64,000 nucleotides of DNA from Octopus vulgaris (lineage: Eukaryota), in the NCBI GenBank assembly GCA_951406725.2, contig OX597839.1, positions 30,938,001 to 31,002,000 on the forward strand, given 5' to 3'. The notes under the pieces are model-generated. The model did not search any database. It was not told the origin of the DNA and saw only the letters and a list, made by a program, of their open reading frames with translations. The position numbers and the translations under genes were made by a program. This document shows, one piece after another, positions 22,752 to 36,063 of the stretch. Position 1 is the stretch's first letter; each line of letters begins with the position of its first letter.

Positions 22752-23964
22752 TTTTGGCAAATAATGTAATGTCCTGAATAGGAATTCTCGAGAAATGAAT
22801 GTCGCGTCTTATTTCCGGGTTTTGTGTTCGTCCACTCTTAGTTTTCTCTCTCTCCACTTTTCTATGTATTTATGTGTGTGTGTGTTACTAAACACTTGGT
22901 AATTGATATTTCTTTACTTCGGGTATTTACAACTAATACTATACATTAGTTTCGACAGATTTCATGCTCAACTGATGTACAGAACAAAAAATATTGTTGG
23001 AAAGAATATTATTGTTCATGACAATACGATGATGTTAATAACACCCTGTGCAAGTGACTTCTGTATGTAGCCTCGGGCTGACGAGTGTATATAACCACAG
23101 GCTGATGCGTGTGTGTTTCCCTCCGCCACCACCTGACAACTGGTATCAGTGTATTTAGGTCACTGTGACGTAGCAGTTCAGCAAAAAGCAAACTGGTCAT
23201 CTTCGATTCTTACAACCCGTTTCAATCAATACTCAATAATCTAATTACAAATTTACATTTACGTGTCAGGAGTGTAATTTCATCAGAGGGAAAAAACATA
23301 ACTTTGGATGTTATATTATGTGGGCTTATCCATTTATTTTGACATGACCAGTTTGCTGTTGATAATAAACAATTCTTAACTTCCTTATCTCCATTTTCTT
23401 TTCTCCTTCATACACACACACACACATATATATCAGGGTATCAGACATTTTGCTGTTATACACCACTGGTTACAATGCACCTCTACACACAGTTGTAGCT
23501 GTTGAATGTTACCCCCCTGCTGCCCAGGTGGACGAAGCCAACATATCCCCCCCCACTCCCGGCAAATAGAATGCCATTCCATTACAGGTTTACCCCTTTG
23601 CACCCAAGTGGACAGGGGTTCAGGTGAAAGAAAGTGTTTTGCTTGAATTCATAAGCATCCAGGGTATTAAAACATTAATCTAGTGACGTGGAGTGCAACG
23701 TCCTAACCATTAAGACGTCTTTACACACACAAAAATACACACACATACACATACACACTCTCTCTCTCACACACACACACAGACAAAGTTCCTGGTTTTC
23801 AGGATATGCTAATCCCTCGACTATCGTAGGTGCTGTGTTCCGGAACCCCCTGTGATAGGGGAAAATCCACAAAGTAGAAACAGTACTGTATATATATGTA
23901 TATTTTTTAATCATTTTTATAAGTTGTATATATTTTATTATAAATACAAAACAAACACCACGGA

Positions 23965-24585
23965 AAATGTCTGGCATGTTCATTCATGTGTGCCCTGGCA
24001 TATCTGATGACCTACTCAGGGTTGGAGATACAAGAAAGACAGCCATCATCGACCATGAACTAAGGAGGCTCAACATAGACATTGCTGGATTGCAAGAGAC
24101 AAGACACCCCTCACACAGCAAACTCAAAGAATAGGACTTCACCTTCTTCTGGCAGGGAAGAGATCCAGAGGAACCTCGTCAGCATGGTGTTGGCTTTGCA
24201 GTGAGAAACTCATTACTCTCCTCAGTAGACCCAGCATCAGGAAGCGCTGAGCGTATCCTCTCTGTGTGCTTCTTAAGCTCTTCAAACCCAGTACATCTAC
24301 TGAGCATCTATGCTCCCACTCTCTACAGCTCAGAAGAGACTAAGGACCAGGTCTACAAAGCTCTGAACTGCGCCATTACAAACATACCAACCAACGAAAA
24401 CATCTACCTTCTAGGAGATTTTAACGCTCACGTGGGATCTGACCATTACTCGTGGCCCATTTGTGTCAGACATTTTGGCATTGGCAATATGAATGACGAT
24501 GGTCAGAGACTGCTTGAATGCTGCACATAGCATAAACTGTGCATCACCAACAAATTCTTTGCCAACAAGCCATCCCACAGGGCTT
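23965..24585 (+). mobile_element. RTE (BovB-like) LINE AP-endonuclease remnant
   Basis: RKTAIIDHELRRLNIDIAGLQETR, HGVGFAV, SIYAPT, LLGDFNAHVG and GNMNDDGQRLLE motifs with in-frame stops. Confidence 0.9.
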
Positions 24586-26534
24586 GTCGTTACTTGCAGG
24601 CAATTTCGTTTTCATTTTTTTTAACTTCTAAACTGCAAGATCATCTCGATTCATAAGAAATGCAAATGTTTCCCCATCCCTTGGCTTTTTTCCAGCAGCT
24701 AGGAAATTTCAAATAGCTTCATCTTGGATAGTCATCATCATCTTTTAACGTCTGCTTTCCATGCTGGCATGGGTTGGACGGTTTTACTGAGGACAGGCAA
24801 GCCAGTGGGCTACAGCAGGCTCCAATCTGATCTGGCAAGGTTTCTACAGCTGGATACCCTTCCTAACCCCAACCACTCTGAGAGTGTAGTGGGTGCTTCA
24901 AACATGTTCAGAAGGTACCTTTTACATGCTACCGGCATGGGAGTCAGTCAGGGGGCACTAGCATTGACCATGTTCAGATGGGGTATTTTATGTGCCACCA
25001 GCATGGAAGCCAGTCAGGTGGCACTGGCCACGGCTATGATTTCAATTTTATATGATTCAACAGGTCCTCTCAATCATATATCCCCTGATGCTTCCAAGAT
25101 ACTTTGAAATGGGCCGGTCATGCAACACTGGCATTGGCCATAGCTGCAATCTCCCTTTCCTTGCTGTATCCTGAAATTTACTGTAAGATATAAAAATGAT
25201 GTAAATTTGTTTCAAGTTGCATTTTGGGGTTGATAAAATCTACCCTGGTTCAGTCTTGATGGCAAAAGAAAAACTGAATGACTTCAATATTGCTGTAGAG
25301 AAAAAAAGACTACATGTTGAGGTATTTTAGCATCACAGATGCATGGTTTGCATTTATAAAGGAACATGTGGAGCAGTAAACATTGGTTGGAGCTGGTGGC
25401 CTAAAAACCACATTACATATTATGTATATATGGGAAAATGTCAGGCATGTTCATTCATGCGTGAGTGTCTATATATTGAAAAGAAAAAGACTACCTACCT
25501 ATGTATACCACACCAATTACATGTCATTATTTCTAAGCTGACAGGAATCTACAAGCTATATGACTGTTAGCAGGCAAGTTAAAGTGTAATACAATCACTT
25601 GTACATTCAAATGGGGTCGCGTTTGTTTAGGTGTAAATGTCGGCTCAATAATGGTTGGGAAAACATGAGAGTAGAGTAGCTGAGCGGTTTTGAAATTTGT
25701 AAGAGAGGAGAAATGCTTCAACCGTTCATATTTTATTTGATAGGGAAGAAAGAGAGGAAGTTCCTCATAGAATATTCATTGTAGGAGAGAGTTAGAATCA
25801 AAAGAAGTGGTGGCGGGTATTCTTTTACATTTGAATATAACTTAAATGTTTGGTTCTAACTTCAGTTGTAATATTTTTAGGTTTCCCTTTCCCAATTTCT
25901 ACTTTTCCAGGTTCAAATATTTAACAATATCATCATTCCTGCTGGTCCTCTTTCATTACAGGCAACAATTTGTACAGCTGGAAAAAGTATTCATTATTCA
26001 GACAAAACACAAACACCAACAAATGAAAACAAAGAGAAATTTTTATTTAACAAACTTTAAACTGTAGTAAAAAACAGATTTTAGAAATTGGTATAAAATG
26101 AAATACATAAAAATTGTATCGAAGAACCTACGGAAAAAGAGTAAAATATTTATTAAGCAGCTGAAGATCAATGGAATTATTATAGTTCGAAAGAAGTTAA
26201 GGGCATCAACAAGATTGACTCATATTTTGATATTTCACACAATCCTTCATGGTTTTTCATATATTTCCCACAAAATACTCAGTGTTTCTTCCCCTTATGT
26301 ATAAGAGCAGAAACAGTACCCCTTCGGTGGTTGTTTACTAGGATGTCATGGTTACTTGTAGGAAACTATGTACACTCACCCACCCATACACACACTAAAT
26401 AGTATATACATGTGTGTGTTTGTATGTATGTATATATATATATATATATTGTTTGTAGAAAAACATAAATCTGGATAAGAAGCACATTCTAAGATGTAGA
26501 CCACTTAAAATATATATATATATATATATATATA

Positions 26535-27830
26535 CTTTATTTTAAGCAGCAGAAAATTCAACAAAATCTGTTACTCTGAGTTTCTCGTTGCCGTTCATCA
26601 GACAGTTTTTGCTAGAATGGAACATATATCAATTCAATCTATATACTCTTACAAACGCTACACCTTTAAAAAGAAATGGACTTGTTTGATTGGCCCTTTA
26701 GAAAAAACGGTCAATCTTCGAGCGATAAACAAAAAGGTCAAAAATATATGTATATATATATAAAAACTTATAAAAAATTATAAAAATTATAAAAATTATA
26801 AAATCCGAGGAAAAAACCTATTGACGTTAATGAAGACAGTGCAAATTAATGCATAGAAATTAAACCTGTTATAAATACTGCAAAACATATTTATATTAAA
26901 ATCTACATATATATATATCAACATACACAAAAGGATGCGCGTAAACGCCATACATACATATACAGACGTATGAATATAAGTCTAAATATACACATAAAAG
27001 CATGTGTACATATATTCACGCAAACCGTCTCGCACGCAAGCTAAAATTCATCTATGTAGCAATTCTCATATACTGAGCAAGGAGGGGGAACGAAAGAAAG
27101 GGAAAGAGAGAAAAAAGAAACGAAGGAGGGGTGGGGAAAAAAACGAAATAAGCAGTGTAACGATGTTATTGGCATCTATAGAGACCAGTATACATACACA
27201 AGTTTGAATGGATACATATACATACCGTCGTGTATATGTGTGCTTAAGCACAAACATACTTTCACTTACACATACACAGATACGCATGCTTACAAATACA
27301 TATGCTTTGCTATACACATACTTATATAAACATTCTAATTTTGACAACATTGCTTTTTTTAAAAAACATTGCTTTTAAAAATGGGTGCATTAATAAAAAT
27401 ATATACGAAAGACATATAAAATAAAATATAACATCCTATTTTGGGTCATTTATAAATAATCAAGGTAATATAAATAATCAAGGTAATCCTATGCAATACA
27501 ATAACATGAAAACAAAGTTTGTAGGTTTTTCCTAATATACATGTAGAAACATAAGACTTTGCTATACGGATTAAGATCCGTATAGCATGGAAACAAAATC
27601 CATCGTAGCGCTCAAGAGTCAAAATCAAAATCAAAAATACAAAATATATACTCTATCCATATGGTATATTTATATTCGACATTTTAAATTTAGCCGCGTG
27701 CCTACATAAGTTCATTAACTCACTTCTTTGATTCAAAGAATTATTGTCTTTCAATAAGATGTACATTTTCTAAAATAGACAAAGTCTGCACTTGAAATTA
27801 TTTTTGTAAGCTCCATGCCTGTATGGTGCC
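26535..27830 (-). mobile_element. Penelope-like retroelement 3' remnant (GIY-YIG C-terminus + pLTR)
   Basis: Minus-strand translation of 27685-27810 gives AYKNNFKCRLCLF*KMYILLKDNNSLNQRSELMNLCRHAAKFK, matching the PLE C-terminal C.LC..EK..I....LN.RSE....CRH..KF motif. A hammerhead motif lies in the terminal repeat. Confidence 0.85.
26563..26609 (-). ncRNA. Minimal type I hammerhead ribozyme (PLE-associated)
   Basis: AAAACUGU-CUGAUGA-ACG.GCAA.CGA-GAAAC-UCAGA-GUA-ACAGAUUUU: canonical core, flanking stem I, GNRA-capped short stem II and near-palindromic stem III. Confidence 0.75.
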
Positions 27831-28142
27831 AAGATAGGGGTTATGGTTGTAACCCACTATGGGATATCAATTATATGGATTTCAATAATTTATAATATGA
27901 CTTTTAAAATCTGTATTTGTATTATTATCTTATCTATTGATTTATATAATATTTTGTATGCTTTTGGTGTCCTCATTTGTAAAATGAATAAATAATCCAA
28001 ATTAATATCCGTAAGATGATGAATAAACTAAATTTGTTTCTCCATTTTCTTATTTGTATTATATATATATATATATATATAAATAGAGAGAGAGAGAGAG
28101 AGATTGATGAAAACTGATAGAAGCATGTCATATATATTATCA

Positions 28143-28191
<49 letters not shown>

Positions 28192-28288
28192 GGAGAAAAC
28201 ACATAAATGTGAAACAAGGTGGAAAAAAGAGTACTCAAATACCAGTGGTAGAGTAATATGCTTTATTTAAAGCAGCAGAAAATTCAAC

Positions 28289-28335
28289 AAAACCTGTTAC
28301 TCTCAGTTTCCCGTTGCCGTTCATCAGACAGTTTT
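28289..28335 (-). ncRNA. Minimal type I hammerhead ribozyme copy (stem III mismatch)
   Basis: ACUGU-CUGAUGA-ACGGCAACGG-GAAAC-UGAGA-GUA-ACAGG, inside an inverted pLTR pair (28261-28287 / 28354-28379). Confidence 0.65.
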
Positions 28336-29092
28336 TGCTCGACGAACGGCATTTGAATTTTCTGCTGCTTTAAATAAAGTATATATATATACATGCAACA
28401 GGCTTCTTTCAGTTTCCATCTACTAATCTGCTGACAAATCTTTCGTCACCCTCAGTCTACAGTAGAAGACATTTGCTCAAGTGACATGCAGTGGGATTGA
28501 ACCCAGACCCATGTGGTTGAGAAGCTAACAAGTATGAGGAAACACAGTTGAGTTAGTGAAATATCCTTCCTCCCCCAGTATTTCCACAACAAACTCTGAG
28601 TTAGTCACAATCTGAAAGCTATCTGCAGAAAATTTTACTAAAATACACCCAAATTTTTGCAAGTTATGAAAAAATAAAACTGACTTGCATGAATTTTCCA
28701 AAACTCCTCTCCAAATACTCTTGGAAATTGTTTTTTTCCTCAAATTCCTATATATTCAGGATCTTCAGCACCTAAAAGGTATTTAGTAAAAATTTCAATA
28801 ATATATATCCATTTTTCTGAAGGGTATGAGAAGGAAAATATCCAGGTTGAGGTGTGGTTTGTTACACATAACTGGTATAACTTGTGTAGTAATGCCAGCA
28901 CTTATTAGATTTAAAGTGGTTAACCTCTATAGTTACCTTTGAAATGTTTGGGGATTCCTTACTATTGGATGTGATTCTGGAACATTTATGGGAGTTTGTG
29001 CTGTTTTTAATTGCACCATCAGTCAATTTGCTTTTAGTATAATAAAAAAAAAATGTTCAGTTAAAACTCCAAGATGAACAAAGTCCTTTCCT

Positions 29093-29953
29093 TCAATAAA
29101 CTTGTAATCCTAGCTGTTTTCTTGTATCAGCTTTTCGAATAAAAACATTGAACATTTCTTTACTTTCGGTGAAAGCATTAAAGAATATTTCGCAAGAGTC
29201 TGCTTTGAGTACTCCAGTCACTGTTTGGGATTCTTGTAAGTCATTCATATTCTCAGATTGGGGTTCTTGCACAGGCCTGGAATTTTGAAGATCGTCCATA
29301 TTCACAGATGGGGATTCCTGCACAGGCTTAGATTCAGTCTCTTCATCATTAACAATAATCAAAAGAGTGATGATGCTTGGTGGAAACTCCGGTAAGAGTT
29401 CTTTTTCAATACAAGGCAAAATTGTTTTCAGACTTTCATTAGTAATATGTTTACCCTCTTCATCGCATAAAACAATAATATCAAAATAACTGAACTTATT
29501 CTCTGGTACGGAACCAATTACCTCCTTTAATTTGTTTATAGAACCTAAATGATTTGATACTTCCCAGTCTGGATTTTTTCTTGAAAAACATTTACGTAAT
29601 ATTTCGTCTTGTTCCATACCTTCCAGAATAAATACTCTCCGTTTGTCTCTTGCTTGTGGCATTGGTTTTTCTTCAGCAACTTCAATTTCCATGTTCAAGT
29701 ATTTTCGGAATTGTTTCTCTAAAAATTCGTTTCCTGTTTCGGAAAGAATCTTCATGAACGTTTGAGGAGGACAACTTCTTTTTATTAAAATGTTCAACAT
29801 TTCTCGAATTTTGTCGCTGTCATTCTTTTCTGATCTTATACTTCCATAATTGCTCTTTGTGATATGTTCACCAGAATGTAAATAATCCAGAACATCATCG
29901 ATTTCAGTGAGATTCCGGATAATTTGTGGCCGAAGTTTCTCGTAAACATTCAT
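29093..29953 (-). CDS. Paralog 3: CARD-like domain + 1 repeat domain (286 aa)
   Basis: Intact ORF, ATG at 29953. Single domain with two 17-aa linker repeats. Confidence 0.9.
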   Translation of the reverse strand: MNVYEKLRPQIIRNLTEIDDVLDYLHSGEHITKSNYGSIRSEKNDSDKIREMLNILIKRSCPPQTFMKILSETGNEFLEKQFRKYLNMEIEVAEEKPMPQARDKRRVFILEGMEQDEILRKCFSRKNPDWEVSNHLGSINKLKEVIGSVPENKFSYFDIIVLCDEEGKHITNESLKTILPCIEKELLPEFPPSIITLLIIVNDEETESKPVQESPSVNMDDLQNSRPVQEPQSENMNDLQESQTVTGVLKADSCEIFFNAFTESKEMFNVFIRKADTRKQLGLQVY

Positions 29954-31189
29954 TTTTGGCAAATAATGTAATGTCCTGAATAGGAATTCTCGAGAAATGA
30001 ATGTCGTGTCTTATTTCCGGGTTTTGTGATTCGTCCTCTTTTAGTTTTCTCTCTCTCTCTCTCCACTTTTCTATGTACTTATGTGTGTGTGTGTGTGACT
30101 AAACACTTGGTAATTGATATTTCTTTACTTCGGGTATTTACAACTAATACTATACATTAGTTTCGACAGATTTCATGCTCAACCGATGTACAGAACAAAA
30201 AATATTGTCGGAAAGAATATTATTGTTCATGACAATACGATGATGTTAATAACGCCCTGTGCAAGTGACTTCTGTATGTAGCCTCGGGCTGACCAGTGTA
30301 TATAACCACAGGCTGATGCGTGTGTGTTTCCCTCCGCCACCACCTGACAACTGGTATCAGTGTATTTAGGTCACTGTGACGTAGCAGTTCAGCAAAAAGC
30401 AAACTGGTCATCTTCGATTCTTACAACCCGTTTCAATCAATACTCAATAATCTAATTACAAATTTACATTTACGTGTCAGGAGTGTAATTTCATCAGAGG
30501 GAAAAAACATAACTTTGGATGTTATATTATGTGGGCTTATCCATTTATTTTGACATGACCAGTTTGCTGTTGATAATAAACAATTCTTAACTTCCTTATC
30601 TCCATTTTCTTTTCTCCTTCATACACACACACACACACACACACATATATATCAGGGTATCAGACATTTTGTTGTTATACACCACTGGTTACAATGCACC
30701 TCTACACACAGTTGTAGCTGTTGAATGTTACCCCCCTGCTGCCCAGGTGGACGAAGCCAACATATCCCCCCAACTCCCGGCAAATAGAATGCCATTCCAT
30801 TACAGGTTTACCCCTTTGCAGCCGAGTGGACTGGGGTTCAGGTGAAAGAAAGTGTTTTGCTTGAATTCATAAGCATCCAGGGTATTAAAACATTAATCTA
30901 GTGACGTGGAGTGCAACGTCCTAACCATTAAGACGTCTTTACACACACATACACACACACAAACACACACACTCTCTCTCTCTCTCACACACACACACAG
31001 ACAAAGTTCCTGGTTTTCAGGATATGCTAATCTCTCAACTATTGTAGGTGCTATGTTCCGGAACCCCCTGTGATAGGGGAAAATCCACAAAGTAGAAACA
31101 GTACTGTACTGTATATATATATATATTTTTTTTTAATCATTTTTATAATTTGTATATATTTTATTATAAATACAAAACAAACACCACGG

Positions 31190-31810
31190 AAAATGTCTGG
31201 CATGTTCATTCATGTGTGCCCTGGCATATCTGATGACCTACTCAGGGTTGGAGACACAAGAAAGACAGCCATCATCGACCATGAACTAAGGAGGCTCAAC
31301 ATAGACATTGCTGGATTGCAAGAGACAAGACACCCCTCACACAGCAAACTCAAAGAATAGGACTTCACCTTCTTCTGGCAGGGAAGAGATCCAGAGGAAC
31401 ATCGTCAGCATGGTGTTGGCTTTGCAGTGAGAAACTCATTACTCTCCTCAGTAGACCCACCATCAGGAAGCGCTGAGCGTATCCTCTCTGTGTGCTTCTT
31501 AAGCTCTTCAAACCCAGGACATCTACTGAGCATCTATGCTCCCACTCTCTACAGCTCAGAAGAGACCAAGGACCAGGTCTACAAAGCTCTGAACTGCGTC
31601 ATTACAAACATACCAACCAACGAAAACATCTACCTTCTAGGAGATTTTAACGCTCACGTGGGATCTGACCATTACTTGTGGCCCATTTGTGTTGGACATT
31701 TTGGCATTGGCAATATGAATGACGATGGTCAGAGACTGCTTGAATGCTGCACATAGCATAACCTGTGCATCACCAACAAATTCTTTGCCAACAAGCCATC
31801 CCACAGGGCT
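31190..31810 (+). mobile_element. RTE LINE endonuclease remnant (duplicated copy)
   Basis: Same motifs as 23965-24585. Confidence 0.9.
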
Positions 31811-32651
31811 TGTCGTTACTTGCAGGCAATTTCGTTTTTTTTTTTTGTAACTTCTAAACTGCAAGATCATCTCGATTGATAAGAAATGTAAATGTTTCCC
31901 CATCCCTTGGCTTTTTTCCGGCAGCTAGGAAATTTCAAATAGCTTAATCTTGCGTAGTCATCATCATCATCATCTTTTAACGTCGATTTCCATGCTGGCA
32001 TGGGTTGGACGGTTTTACTGAGGACTGGCAAGCCAGTGGTCTACAGCAGGCTCCAATCTGATCTGGCAAGGTTTCTACAGCTGGATGCCCTTCCTAACCC
32101 CAACCACTCTGAGAGTGTAGTGGGTGCTTCAAACATGTTCAGAAGGTACCTTTTATATGTCACCGGCATGGGAGTCAGTCAGGGGCCACTAGCATTGACC
32201 ATGTTCGGATGGGGTATTTTATGTGCCACCAGCATGGAAGCCAGTCAGGTGGCACTGGCCACGGCTATGATTTCAATTTTATATGATTCAACAGGTCCTC
32301 TCAATCATATATCCCCTGATGCTTCCAAGATACTTTGAAATGGGCCGGTCATGCAACACTGGCATTGGCCATAGCTGCAATCTCCCTTTCCTTGCTGTAT
32401 CCTGAAATTTACTGTAAGATATAAAAATGATGTAAATTTGTTTCAAGTTGCATTTTGGGGTTGATAAAATCTACCCTGGTTCAGTCTTGATGGCAAAAGA
32501 AAAAACTGAATGACTTCAATATTGCTGTAGAGAAAAAAAGACTACATGTTGAGGTATTTTAGCATCACAGATGCATGGTTTGCATTTATAAAGGAACATG
32601 TGGAGCAGAAAGCATTGGTTGGAGATGGTGGCCTAAAAACCACATTACATA

Positions 32652-33163
32652 TCTATATATATAAAACTGTAGTTGTGTGCTGTCTGTCCCCTTCGATTTA
32701 GATTCCTAACTACTCCCACATTTTGCGGTGCAGTTTAACCAAATTCGGGTATCTTATAGTCGTGATTTATATCGAGCCCGTCTGGGTATTAGCGCGCGTC
32801 TACGATGAGTCTACGATCTTTAAAATAATTTAATATCATTTTTTATTCCATTTTAATGCATAATTTTTTGTGTGTCGATGGCGGCGGAGTTGGCGTCCAT
32901 GGTCACACCTGCACCTGTTTGCTTCTCCCCCTTCTTCCCTCCCTCGTGAAGCTGTGGGGAAGGGAGTGTAAGGAAATCAACGTCGTAAAGCGTTGTCAAG
33001 GAGACCAGCGTTCTTTTAGAACAACGACTTCATGGCTTGAAGACACCAAAACAGAAATGGCTAAGGAAGCCCGAATTGGCATCTATAAGGGAAGTAACTC
33101 TCTAAAAATGCTTATATAGTTATTTCCCTTACAAACCCGAGCAACGCCGGGCGATACTGCTAG
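32652..33163 (+). mobile_element. Non-autonomous Helitron (512 bp)
   Basis: Begins TC(TATATATATAAAA) and ends CTAG with a subterminal CCCG..CGGG hairpin (33136-33151). Inserted between A and T with no TSD. Empty sites at 25419/25420 and 40943/40944. Confidence 0.93.
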
Positions 33164-34248
33164 TTATGTATATATGGGAAAATGTCAGGCATGTTCATTC
33201 ATGTGTGAGTGTCTATATATTGAAAAGAAAAAGACTACCTACCTATGTATACCACACCAATTACATGTCATTATTTCTAAGCTGACAGGAATCTACAAGC
33301 TATATGACTGTTAGCAGGCAAGTTAAAGTGTAATACAATCACTTGTACATTCAAATGGGGTCGCGTTTGTTTAGGTGTAAATGTCGGCTCAATAATGGTT
33401 GGGAAAACATGAGAGTAGAGTAGCTGAGCGGTTTTGAAATTTGTAAGAGAGGAGAAATGCTTCAACCGTTCATATTTTATTTGATAGGGAAGAAAGAGAG
33501 GAAGTTCCTCATAGAATATTCATTGTAGGAGAGAGTTAGAATCAAAAGAAGTGGTGGCGGGTATTCTTTTACATTTGAATATAACTTAAATGTTTGGTTC
33601 TAACTTCAGTTGTAATATTTTTAGGTTTCCCTTTCCCAATTTCTACTTTTCCAGGTTCAAATATTTAACAATATCATCATTCCTGCTGGTCCTCTTTCAT
33701 TACAGGCAACAATTTGTACAGCTGGAAAAAGTATTCATTATTCAGACAAAACACAAACACCAACAAATGAAAACAAATAGAAATTTTTATTTAACAAACT
33801 TTAAACTGTAGTAAAAAACAGATTTTAGAAATTGGTATAAAATGAAATACATAAAAATTGTATCGAAGAACCTACGGAAAAAGAGTAAAATATTTATTAA
33901 GCAGCTGAAGATCAATGGAATTATTATAGTTCGAAAGAAGTTAAGGGCATCAACAAGATTGACTCATATTTTGATATTTCACACAATCCTTCATGGTTTT
34001 TCATATATTTCCCACAAAATACTCGGTGTTTCTTCCCCTTATGTATAATAGCAGAAACAGTACCCCTTCGGTGGTTGTTTACTAGGATGTCATGGTTACT
34101 TGTAGGAAACTATGTACACTCACCCACCCATACACACACTAAATAGTATATACATGTGTGTGTTTGTATGTATGTATGTATATATATATATTGTTTGTAG
34201 AAAAACATAAATCTGTATAAGAAGCACATTCTAAGATGTAGACCACTT

Positions 34249-34287
<39 letters not shown>

Positions 34288-34289
<2 letters not shown>

Positions 34290-35590
34290 TTTATTTTAAG
34301 CAGCAGAAAATTCAACAAAATCTGTTACTCTGAGTTTCTCGTTGCCGTTCATCAGACAGTTTTTGCTAGAATGGAACATATATCAATTCAATCTATATAC
34401 TCTTACAAACGCTACACCTTTAAAAAGAAATGGACTTGTTTGATTGGCCCTTTAGAAAAAACGGTCAATCTTCGAACGATAAACAAAAAGGTCAAAAATA
34501 TATGTATATATATATAAAAACTTATAAAAAATTATAAAAATTATAAAAATTATAAAATCCGAGGAAAAAACCTATTGACGTTAATGAAGACAGTGCAAAT
34601 TAATGCATAGAAATTAAACCTGTTATAAATACTGCAATACATATTTATATTAAAATCCACATATATATATCAACATACACAAAAGGATGCGCGTAAACGC
34701 CATACATACATATACAGACGTATGAATATAAGTCTAAATATACACATAAAAGCATGTGTACATATATTCACGCAAACCGTCTCGCACGCAAGCTAAAATT
34801 CATCTACGTAGCAATTCTCATATACTGAGCAAGGAGGGGGAACGAAAGAAAGGGAAAGAGAGAAAAAAGAAACGAAGGAGGGGTGGGGAAAAAAACGAAA
34901 TAAGCAGTGTAACGATGTTATTGGCATCTATAGAGACCAGTATACATACACAAGTTTGAATGGATACATATACATACCGTCGTGTATATGCGTGCGTAAG
35001 CACAAACATACTTTCACTTACACATACACAGATACGCATGCTTACAAATACATATGCTTTGCTATACACATACTTATATAAACATTCTAATTTTGACAAC
35101 ATTGCTTTTTTTAAAAAACATTGCTTTTAAAAATGGGTGCATTAATAAAAATATATACGAAAGACATATAAAATAAAATATAACATCCTATTTTGGGTCA
35201 TTGATAAATAATCAAGGTAATATAAATAATCAATGTAATCCTATGCAATACAATAACATGAAAACAAAGTTTGTAGGTTTTTCCTAATATATATGTAGAA
35301 ACATAAGACTTTGCTATACGGATTAAGATCCGTATAGCATGGAAACAAAATCCATCGTAGCGCTCAAGAGTCAAAATCAAAATCAAAAATCAAAAATACA
35401 AAATATATACTCTATCCATATGGTATATTTATATTCGACATTTTAAATTTAGCCGCGTGCCTACATAAGTTCATTAACTCACTTCTTTGATTCAAAGAAT
35501 TATTGTCTTTGAATAAGATGTACATTTTCTAAAATAGACAAAGTCTGCACTTGAAATTATTTTTGTAAGCTCCATGCCTGTATGGTGCCA
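34288..35590 (-). mobile_element. Penelope-like 3' remnant (duplicated copy)
   Basis: Copy of 26535-27830. Confidence 0.85.
34317..34363 (-). ncRNA. Minimal type I hammerhead ribozyme copy
   Basis: Identical core to 26563-26609. Confidence 0.75.
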
Positions 35591-35815
35591 AGATAGGGGT
35601 TATGGGTGTAACCCACTATGGGATATCAATTATATGGATTTCAATAATTTATAATATGACTTTTAAAATCTGTATTTGTATTATTATCTTATCTATTGAT
35701 TTATAGAATATTTTGTATGCTTTTGGTGTCCTCATTTGTAAAATGAATAAATAATCCAAATTAATATCCGTAAGATGATGAATAAACTAAATTTGTTTCT
35801 CCATTTTCTTATTTG

Positions 35816-35870
<55 letters not shown>

Positions 35871-35925
35871 GAGAGAGAGAGAGAGATTGATGGAAACTGA
35901 TAGAAGCATGTCATATATATTATCA

Positions 35926-35966
<41 letters not shown>

Positions 35967-36063
35967 GGAGAAAACACATAAATGTGAAACAAGGTGGAAA
36001 AAAGAGTACTCAAATACCAGTGGTAGAGTAATATGCTTTATTTAAAGCAGCAGAAAATTCAAC

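Larger units (their letters stand above)
22761..29092 (+). repeat. Segmental duplication spacer, copy 1
   Basis: Colinear and near-identical with 29963-36872 and 38268-43710. The same small ORFs recur in the ORF track. Confidence 0.97.

Noticed and set aside
25343-27634. Small ORFs conserved three times in the spacers
   Set aside because: Their identity reflects recent segmental duplication. They lack coding signatures and several lie within TE remnants.
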